Shown one piece after another: positions 54,090 to 64,000 of a DNA stretch of 64,000 nucleotides. The position numbers and the translations under genes are program-made. Below the pieces are notes generated by a model, which ran no database searches, was not told the DNA's origin, and worked only from the letters and a program-made list of their open reading frames with translations. Source of the stretch: the human T2T-CHM13v2.0 reference genome, Homo sapiens; the NCBI RefSeq assembly GCF_009914755.1, contig NC_060930.1; one strand, given 5' to 3'. How positions within the stretch are numbered: the stretch's first letter is position 1; the number at the start of each line of letters is the position of its first letter.

Positions 54090-54480
54090 CTGTCTCAGGA
54101 TGGGGTTTTCTGAGAAGCAGATTCCTAGATGGAAATTTGCATGCAGGAGGCTTATTGCTAAGGTTTACTGCACATCTATGAAGGAGTGAAATAAACAGGA
54201 TTGGGCAGGGAGAGAAACTAGACTGCAATGAAGTCCCCACACAGGCCTGAGCTCATCAGCCATAACCTATCAGCCTGAAGCTGGGAAGGCTCTGCAGAGA
54301 GTTGTCCCAAATTGAAATGAGAGTAAGCCTTAACACTCTGCATAGATCAGTCATTGAATGGGAGCTGCCCTTGGAAGCATGACTTTGGGAGGAGGTGACC
54401 CTTTCAGCTGAGAACACTCCAGAGTGGGTTCAGCTTAGAACTGTCAGTCATCAACACTCTCAGGCTGGGCAGTGAACGAA
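54090..54480. mobile_element. Old ERVL-type LTR fragment (LTR16/LTR33-like)
   Basis: GGGTTTTCTGAGAAGCAGATTCCTAGATGGAAATTTGCATGCAGGAGGCTTATT; subfamily uncertain. Confidence 0.45.
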
Positions 54481-55559
54481 TCAGCCCCCGGAGTGGGTGG
54501 GTGGGATGAGACAGAGTAGCTTGGGGCAGGAGGAGAGGTGTGGGGAAAGGTGAGAGGTGGAGGTGAAACCTGGATAGCACGTTCCAAGTTAACCTCTCCA
54601 GTCCTTGCTCACTGTTGAGACATTGGGATCCCCCCCAACCCCCGACATTAAACAGAACTCTTCCTTCCACCATGCTCTATTAATATAATCACCAACAGAT
54701 TGGTTATTTATTTTTGCTTATATTATGCATGAGGCCCTCTAGCAAGAACGTGAATTCCATGAGGTCACGGATCATGTTCTATTCATTTTTGGGTCCCCTC
54801 CACCGTCTATGGTAACTGGCAGGTACATCATAGGCATTGAAACGTTTGAGGAACAAATTACAAAACTATAAAACAAAAAAGTTTTATAAGAGACGTGCCC
54901 AAGACGCCTCAACTTCAGAATGGTGAAGCCAGGGATTCCAACTGGGTCTCCCTTCTCCAGAGTTGTAAGTGCACTAGGTTAGAATCAGCGGAAGAGTGGG
55001 AAATGGGAAGAACACGAAGCTGGAAATGGGAAACCTTAGTTCCAGCCTTGGTTTTCATCCTCCAACTGGCATGCTAACTTGCCCTCTCTGGGCTTCCTAG
55101 GTCTCTTATTCCTTATATTGGAGGTGTTGTTATGGATAATTTCAAAACAAATCTTTATCTAGCGCCTACTATGCGTTCACATAGTCTGTTCACGTGTATG
55201 TAATCCTTACAACCCCTCTGTGGTGTTATTAGTATCCTCGTTTTATAAACAATGTGGGAAAGAAAACAACAAAGCTAAGCCCAGCTAAACTAAAAAATAA
55301 AAAATAAAAAATACAGTTCAATGGTTTGTTTGAGGTCACATAGCAAAGGCTCAACTCAAACTCAGGTCTCCTGCTTGCCAGTCTGCGGTTCCTGCCATGG
55401 GGAAATTCTGTTATCTTTGAAGAAAATAATAAGTAAGGGAAGAGAGAGATGCCCTTTCACAACTGCAAAATTCTCTCCTCCCCAGTTTCCAGCTCCCATC
55501 ATCAACAAAGAAAACCACGAAAACAAAAACAAATCCGGATTGCCTTTGTCCACAGTATA

Positions 55560-55619
55560 GAGGGCGGGGGCGGGGGCGGGGGCGGGGGCGGGGGCGGGGG
55601 CGGGGGCGAGGGCGTCGGC
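55560..55619. repeat. Hexamer array GAGGGC-(GGGGGC)7-GAGGGC-GTCGGC; G-quadruplex-prone
   Basis: Seven perfect GGGGGC units at 55566-55607. Confidence 0.97.
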
Positions 55620-56080
55620 GGGGCTGCCGCCTCCACGCAGAGACCACTGATGGCTCCGCGCCGCTCAGTTGATCCCTTCCCACTGCACGGAGCGGGAGAC
55701 TAAAGGCCCACTGCCCATGGCTGCGAAAACCTTCCTTCGGGAACGCGGAGCTAGTGCACGGGGGCATGTTCTTCCCCCGCAGCCCTGGCAAGCAGAGGCC
55801 GGCGGCCTGTGGCGCGGGGCAGTTGTGCTGGCTGCCGGGCGGGGCTGCTCTGGGTCTGGGTGCACGGAGAGGAGCGCGGAGTGAAGCGCACGGTGCACAC
55901 TGCGGGGCGCTGCTTGTCACCTCCCTGCCCCTCCCTCTGCCCTCCCCCGCTGTCCGGAGCACAGTCCCGGGAGGGCGGATGTCCCCTGGGAAGATGCGCG
56001 AGGAGAGCGACTGGGAGGCAGCTAGCAGCACCTGCGTGTGGGCAACACGACCCGAGGCTGTCTCCATTGCCTGCGTGCTG
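55560..56080. promoter_or_regulatory. CpG island without a recognisable associated gene (orphan promoter/enhancer candidate)
   Basis: Abrupt switch to GC- and CpG-rich non-repeat sequence for about 520 bp in an otherwise CpG-depleted window; many GC boxes. Confidence 0.85.
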
Positions 56081-56334
56081 AAAGCATAAAAGCTTTTTTT
56101 TTTCTTTTTTTGAGGAAGTAAATGTGTAAATTAAATTACTTTGGTGGGGGTTAGAAAACAGTTTTCCTCAGTGTCATGGTGACATCTTCCATCTGCCAGT
56201 TCACTTTTCATAAACCTGCTGATACATTTTCTACATCTCATTAAAAAGGTAACCCAAAAGAAAAGTAACGGAGGGAGAAGGAGATGAAAGGGAGAGAGAA
56301 AGGAAAGACAAAACGAAGAGAAAGTTAAAAAAAA

Positions 56335-56806
<472 letters not shown>

Positions 56807-57683
56807 TTATTCCCATTTCAGAGATGAGGAAAGTGAAGTCAGGACAGAGTTGCATCATCAATCTGATTTGAATACCAAGGGCAAGTTTTTTCCCACTACA
56901 TCAGGGTATCCTGATCCGTTTTAAACTATTAGAATCACCGTTGTTGCATTATTTATTAGCCTTGACAGAGACTGAATAACCTCCCCCATCACAGAGTCTG
57001 CAAGGACAGAGGTGTGATCTAAACCTGGGCCTGGGAGCCCTGAGCTATCAAGCTAGACTGCTTCTCAGAGCCCTTCTCTTGTTAACCAGGGACTCTGAGG
57101 CAGGGTACCCAAACTGTCCTTTGACATCTGCAACTCTAAAAGAGTAATTGGAAATTGGGGAATAATAACACAACAGATAGAAGTTTTTGTTCCCATCAAA
57201 TGAGACAGTGTATATGAAAGTACATAGCATAATACCAGTTATTTTCTTTCTGACATTCAATTCATTGAAAGTTTATTCAACATTACTTATTCAGTTTATT
57301 AGTAGTAGTAGTAGTAGTAAGCATGTTTAGGGCCCCTCCTGTGTTATTAGACATACCCTGTATGTGGATCTTGGTGAAGGCTGGGCTCCAATCCTGGTCT
57401 TGTGGAGAGTACTAGGCAAAGATTTAGGACAAATGGATTCCTATCTTGAATTCTTACATTAATTTGCTCTGTGATATTGGCATAGCCACATACCTTCCCA
57501 GACTTTGGTCTAAAATCAAGGAGTGCAAGGGTAGTCTCTAAGATCTCTTTCAGCAATGAAATGTGGGTCCATGTAACCTATATTTAAAGTTAGTTCCAAC
57601 TGTTCAGTTCTATTATTTCTGTAATCCAGACAGGCCCTGTCAAGCAGCTGTGCATCTGCATACTCCCATAGGCTGGGTCTCTA

Positions 57684-57728
57684 CCTCCTCCTCCTCCTCC
57701 TCCTCCTCCTCCTCCTCCTCCTCCTCCT
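57684..57728. repeat. (CCT)15 trinucleotide repeat
   Basis: 45 nt uninterrupted. Confidence 0.97.
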
Positions 57729-57863
57729 AACTCCTACTTCTCCATCGTCCTCAGCCCCAGCATTTTCTCCTGCTAGATGCCATCCTGCCTGTACCATCCA
57801 GGGTGCATCACCATGGCCCCCTCTGTTAAGGACTCTTTGTAAATCACCACTGAGCAAGGCACT

Positions 57864-58644
57864 TGTATTAGTTTTCTAGGGTAGAAGTAGCAAAATACCA
57901 CAAACTGGGTGGGTTACAACAACAAACTTAATTCTCTCATAGAGAGGCCTGAAGTCTGAAATCAAAGTGTCAGCAGCACTGTTTCCTTCTGGAGGCTCTG
58001 AAGGAGAATCTGTTTTTTGTCTCTCTCCTCGCTTCTGGTGGTTGCCAGCAATCCTTGGCATTCTTTGACTTGCTGTATCTTCACTTCACTTCAGTCATTG
58101 GATATAGGACCCAACCTTATCCAGTGTCATCTTTGGGGCAGAAATGTGTTCTCTCTAAATTCATATGTTGAAGTCCTAATCCCCACAGCCTCAGGCTGTG
58201 ACTGTATTTGGAGATAGAATCTTGACACAGGGAACTAAGTAAGGTAGAATGAGGTCATACGGGTGGGCCCTAACCCAATATGACTGGCATCCTCATAAGA
58301 GGAGACTGGGACACAGGCATACACAGAGGAAAGTTCATGCTGAAGACATAAAGAAAAGATGGCCAACTGCAAGCCAAGGAGAGAGGCCTCAGAGGAAATC
58401 AACCCTGTTTACACCTTGATCTTAGACTTCTAGCCTCCAGAACTGTGAGAAAATAACTTTCTATTGTTTAAGTCCCTCCCACTCCAGGTCTGTGGTACCT
58501 TGTTATGACAGCCCTAACAAAGGAATACAGACCTTCACTTAAATACTACAATTACATCCACAAACACCCTATTTCAAATAAAGTCACATTCTGAGGTTCC
58601 AAGAGGACATTAACTTTTGGGAAGACACCATTCAACCTATTACA
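57864..58644 (-). mobile_element. MLT1 LTR split by a nested, oppositely oriented MLT1 LTR
   Basis: TGTATTAGTTTTCTAGGG...AAATACCACAAACTGGGTGG to about 58132; resumes at 58530 (ATAAAGTCACATTCTGAGGT...ATTCAACCTATTACA). Confidence 0.75.
58133..58529 (+). mobile_element. MLT1A/B-like LTR (nested)
   Basis: AAATTCATATGTTGAAGTCCTAA...TGTGACTGTATTTGGAGATAG...GACTTCTAGCCTCCAGAACTGTGAGAAAATAA...AATACA. Confidence 0.8.
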
Positions 58645-59127
58645 GCACTTTTCACAGTTTCCTTCAGGTCTTTGTGTTCCTTCAAGGCAGGGACAATTAT
58701 CCCCAACAGGGCACAAGTCCTGGCCCTTAATATGTGCTCTACAAAGGGAGAAGGAAGAAAGGAAGTAAAAAGTAAAAGAAAAGAAAGAGAGTAATAACAG
58801 AAAAGAGAGAGGAAGGAAAAGGGAAAAAAAAGGAAGGAAAGCTGCATGCTTTCCTAGTTTCCTCGTTTCAATTACATCCTTCAAAACAAAATACTGTTCT
58901 TCTTGAGCAAAAGATTTCTTAAAGCGTCTTTGAATTTCTGTGTGTATGCAATTTACTTTGAAACATGCAAAGGAAAGAAATAAGGGAAACGTGATAATAT
59001 CCTGTTGCCTCATTGCTGGCCCTGAAAAACACTTCCAAGGGGTTGCCCAATTAAATATAATACACTCAGTTAAATTTTAATTTCAGATAGACAAGCAGTA
59101 ATTTTTAGTATAAGTATGTCCTAAATG

Positions 59128-59218
59128 TGATATATATAAGTGTGTGTGTACATATATGTGTGTGTGTGTATGTGTGTGTATATATATATACACACACATA
59201 TATATATACACATGTACA
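59128..59218. repeat. (TG)/(TA)/(CA) compound microsatellite containing a 32-bp perfect palindrome
   Basis: TATGTGTGTGTATATATATATACACACACATA at 59169-59200. Confidence 0.9.
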
Positions 59219-61564
59219 CTAGACATGATAGAAAGAACATAGACATTGGGCCCATACAAATTTAGGCTCCAGTTTTTACTACCTTTTAGCTCAGGGACCT
59301 GGGGCAAGTTACTTAATCTCTTTGTATGTCAGATTCTTCATCTATAAAATTATAATAGACTTATGGGAAAGGGTTGTTGGGACTTTAAAATGTCTGGTAT
59401 GTGCTGCTTCCGTAACTAGAACAGTGTCTAACACATAGTAATCAATGACTCAACAAATATTTTTGAAGGAATGAAAGAACACATTCCCTTCTTCCCTATA
59501 TGGACTTCCCTGGAGGATTGGGACAGCCAACCCAACAATAGCAGGGGCCCTAGGACAGGCCACAGCACAGTCCAGGGAGCACCCCAGCCTTCCATGGTAG
59601 AAAACCCACTCCACATCCACTGTTCCTCGGAATAATCTGGTTTTAGGATGCAGGGGACATACAACCAATTTGATACAGGCAGAGTTTTCCTTCTAGAAAA
59701 TGTGTGTGTTTTTATTACAGAACAAAGGCGACAACATCTTACACTAAAATTCAAAAGTCTGTAAACCTTAGAGAACCTATTTCCATATGTAATGCATTGA
59801 ATTTAAAGGCACACTCCTATTTGTGAAGGTGATTCTAACTAATTTAAATGGACCTAAATAGTTTTTAAATAGCAATATAAGCAGATGCTATCTTATTAGA
59901 AAATCATTTGAGCAGCACATTTATTTCCTAGAGCTGGAATCAAATCGTTCTATCTCCTTCTACAGTATGCATTTTTATGTAATCAATTGGTAATAGTGAA
60001 AAATATCTTAAAAGTGCATTGTTTCTTGACAGAAGGCTATTTCTTTTCAGAAATAAAAATCATTGTGAAAGAAGATATTTATTCTTAATGCTACAACTGA
60101 AACTAGGGGTTTTGTTATTGACTTGCTTCCTAATCAAGAAACTTCCATCATATAAATAAGGTGGTCTGGGTAGTGAAATGAGCATTGATTCAGGAGTCGA
60201 AAAACCTGGTTTCTGTTGCCTCCTCCTGGGTGCTGCAGCCTCGGACCAGGTGCTCAACCCTGGAGCCAAATTTCCTTCCCTTGACTATGAGGGGAACCAG
60301 CTCTCTCATATACTTATACCATATTATATAACCAATAATATGCAATAAAATCAAACTACAGCAATTATAATCCTCTTTTACAATTTTATAAAGTTAAATT
60401 TTGCTTTAACAACTATAAAATGGGAATAAGTGTACTTTGGATACCGTTCGTGTAGGAAGCCCAAAGTAGTATTCAATGAATGGAAACTCCCTTCCCCCTT
60501 CCCTCAAGCAAATCACTCTTAACCCAGAAAATGTTATTGACAACTGCTGGGTTATAATTGTGATTTTTTTCCCCCCCGCCCCCAATTAATATGCTTCCCA
60601 TACTGGCCATTAATTCAACATTGAATGAACACATATTAGCTTGCCAACTTTGAATGTTGTTTTGCTCAGTTAGACATGATTTCATACCTTAAGACTTTTT
60701 AAGGCTTATATTTTTTAGCCTATCTACTATTTAAACTGGGTACAGGAAGTGCCAGTTTAAGGAGGACAGCCCCAAGAAATGGTCCAGGCATTTCATGAGG
60801 GAGATTGGATGATTTTCCCCTCAACCAGCGGCACAGAGGCCCTTTCAATGCCTAGAAATAGATCTCCTATTGAGCCTCTGTTTATCTCCTCTGACCATAA
60901 AAAGCAGCTGGCTCTGCAGGAAAGACTGGTGGCTGCAATTAACTCCAGGAGGCCAGAAGCCGAAATCCTGTGCAACACGAATAAAGGCTTCTCAAAGAAC
61001 TTGTGGAGTCATGTTGCTAGCTCATTGCTAGAACCATTCAGTCTTCTGAGGAAGAAATCTGTGAGCTAAACACCAAACACATCACTGTAAAATTTCCTGT
61101 AACCACCAGCGGCACTCCAAATCATTCCATTATTCTCTGAGTTGCTTCACAGTGACTGGGTATTAAATCTGCTGTGTGGCTAAATGCTGATGGCATTTTG
61201 TTAAATGAAAAGCATTTTAAAGAGGATTGGTTGATCCAATTGTTCTCATATTCTATTACTTTGCATTCAAACTTAACTCAGTATTAGACTAATAGTAACT
61301 ATGAAAATAAAAAGAAAGCAGAATCTGATTTTTTTAAGTCCACTGGAGGCAATAAGAAGTTTCTATTGGAACACTTCACATGTTGTTAAACAATTACCAG
61401 ATTATTAGAAAACACTTTCAAATACCTCTTTGATCTTTGCTAAGAGCCCTGATGAACATTTTTCTTACTGCTTATATTCCCCACAGATAAAATACAAAGA
61501 CCTGGAAAATAGCAATAATCTAATTATTAGGCATATGTCCAGGAACAGAAGTGAGAAGTAGTAA

Positions 61565-61990
<426 letters not shown>

Positions 61991-62176
61991 TAAGGCTGAA
62001 CAAATGTGTTTAAAGCTATAGGTAACCATAAGGTAACCAGAAATCTGAGGAAAGGTGTTGACTGATTACACTTGCTAGCAACTGATTGCCTCTATATGGC
62101 TGAAGTAAAAGGATGGAACTAGGAGGTATCAATACAGGGTGGTTGGGATAAGTATAACAATAAAGGTAAATATGGC

Positions 62177-62478
62177 TTTTTTTTTTTTTTTTTTTGAGAC
62201 AGGGTCTCCCCCTGTAGCCCAGACTGGAGTCCAGTGATGCAATCATAGCTCACTGCAGCCTTGAATTCCTGGACCCAAGTAATCCTCTCTCCTCAGCCTC
62301 TCACGTAGCTGAGACTATAGGCATGCACCACCAACCCCAACTAATTTTTTTAGGTTTTGTAAAGACAGAGTCTTGCTATGTTGCTCAGAGTGGTCTCAAA
62401 CTCGTGGTCTCCAGTGATTCTCCAGCTCCAGCCTCCCAAAGTGCTGGAATTACAGGTGTAAGCCACTATGCCTGGACC
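62177..62478 (-). mobile_element. Alu (AluJ-like)
   Basis: GAGACAGGGTCTC...ATCATAGCTCACTGCAGCCTTGAA are J-type diagnostics. Confidence 0.92.
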
Positions 62479-62530
62479 ATAAGACAATTTTGTAGACATT
62501 TTAGGCAAAATAATTACATTAGCCTCCAAT

Positions 62531-62592
62531 ACACACACACACATACACACATATACACACACACATACACACACACACGCGTGCACACACAC
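62531..62592. repeat. Imperfect (CA)n
   Basis: Direct reading. Confidence 0.9.
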
Positions 62593-62738
62593 CCCAGACA
62601 TAAGTCGTGTGTATGTGTATGTTCTAGAGCTTGCTTCTGTCGGTTTGTGAGAGTCGACTATGAGAGTCTCTTCTAGACTATGTTCAGTAACATCAAGTTG
62701 GCAGTTTGAAATTGGCAAAGATGAGAGTACACTTCTAA

Positions 62739-63083
<345 letters not shown>

Positions 63084-63477
63084 AGATGGTTTTGTTTTTT
63101 TGAGGTTTTATCTTGTTTTGGGTAGAGTAAGGGTATCAGAGTAAGCTGCTCTCCCAGTACAATGGGTGGTGTGAGTGTATGTATCTATATGTATATGTAC
63201 ATATATGTACATGCCTGTACCCATATATAGACATACATATTAAAGGTATGTTTTATTTTAAAATTGTATTTTGGTAAAATAAATGATAAAAGTAGATTAA
63301 ATTTAAAAAATAATTTCCTGGTTCCAAAAGTGAAACTATCCTTAGGAGCCCTTCTGTGAAGAAACAGATGTAAAATATGAGCACAATGTTAATGCCACCA
63401 CCTGCCAATCCATAGATTAAGTAGGGAGGAAAAATGGAAGCTAGCTTATGTAATAGTCATATTACAGTTCTTACCAC

Positions 63478-63680
63478 TTGTTACAGATGAATTGTGTCCT
63501 CCTACAATTCAAATGTTGTAGTTCTAACTTGTAGTATCTCAGAATGTAACTGTGTTTGGATGTGTAGTCTTTAAAGAGGCAATAAAGTTAAAATGAGGTC
63601 ATCGTATTAGGCCCTAATTCAAAAGGACTGGTGTAGAAGAGGAGATTAGAACACAGACACATACAGAGGAACTCATACTG
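63478..63680 (+). mobile_element. MLT1 LTR 5' fragment
   Basis: TGTTACAGATGAATTGTGTCC...CAGAATGTAACTGTGTTTGGA...TTAAAATGAGGTCAT. Confidence 0.7.
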
Positions 63681-63689
63681 CCCGCTTCT

Positions 63690-64000
63690 TTAGGTAGTAT
63701 GACTACTTTAACAACATTAATTCTTCCAGTCCACGAACGCAGGTTAGTTATCTTTCTATTTATTTGTGTCTTCTTCAATTTATTTAATCGATGTTTATAA
63801 TTTTCCAAGTAGAGATCTTTTACCCATTGGTTAAGTTTATTCTTAGATATATTATTTTTCATTGCTATTGTAAATGGAATTGCTTTCTTGATTTCTTTTT
63901 GACAGTTGGCTATTAGCATATATAAACACTACTCATTTTTGTATTTTGATTTCGTATCCTGCAATGTTAATAAATTTGTTTATTAATTCTAACAGGTTTT
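63690..64000 (-). mobile_element. L1 ORF2 fragment, runs off the window end
   Basis: ORF-track peptide KEIKKAIPFTIA...VKDLYLENYK...SWTGRINVVK..ILPK is an L1 ORF2p remnant. Confidence 0.85.

Noticed and set aside
55665-56089. Multiple overlapping ORFs in the CpG island as established protein-coding genes
   Set aside because: Stop codons are rare in GC-rich DNA and no homology is recognisable; only the repeat-spanning frames are reported, as hypotheses.

Overview
Primate (almost certainly human) genomic DNA: AT-rich, with many Alu, L1, L2, MIR and MaLR repeats. It contains the 3' part of the RBR-family E3 ubiquitin ligase gene RNF217 on the + strand. Five coding exons (1245-1478, 13976-14140, 32694-32895, 37473-37544, 38901-38974) are joined by GT-AG introns into one open frame covering the end of RING1, IBR, RING2/Rcat, the transmembrane anchor and the basic tail. 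The gene's 5' exon(s) lie upstream of the window. A long 3' UTR probably runs to an AATAAA at 48647, with a proximal ATTAAA site near 39730. About 7 kb further downstream is a CpG island with no recognisable gene. It opens with a (GGGGGC)7 hexamer array, sits next to a young AluYa5, and is followed by repeat-rich intergenic DNA. Best leads: (1) the hexamer array lies inside ATG-initiated poly-Gly (+) and poly-Arg-Pro (-) ORFs; (2) an antisense-MIR-derived cassette exon would frame-switch the RNF217 C-terminus; (3) a candidate poison exon; (4) an IRE-like hairpin, and a miRNA-site/hairpin cluster, in the 3' UTR; (5) a 20-bp palindrome matching the bacterial parS consensus; (6) a near-perfect 130-bp tandem duplication. 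No new multi-gene system is demonstrable from the sequence alone. Repeat subfamily calls are by eye, from remembered consensus sequences.
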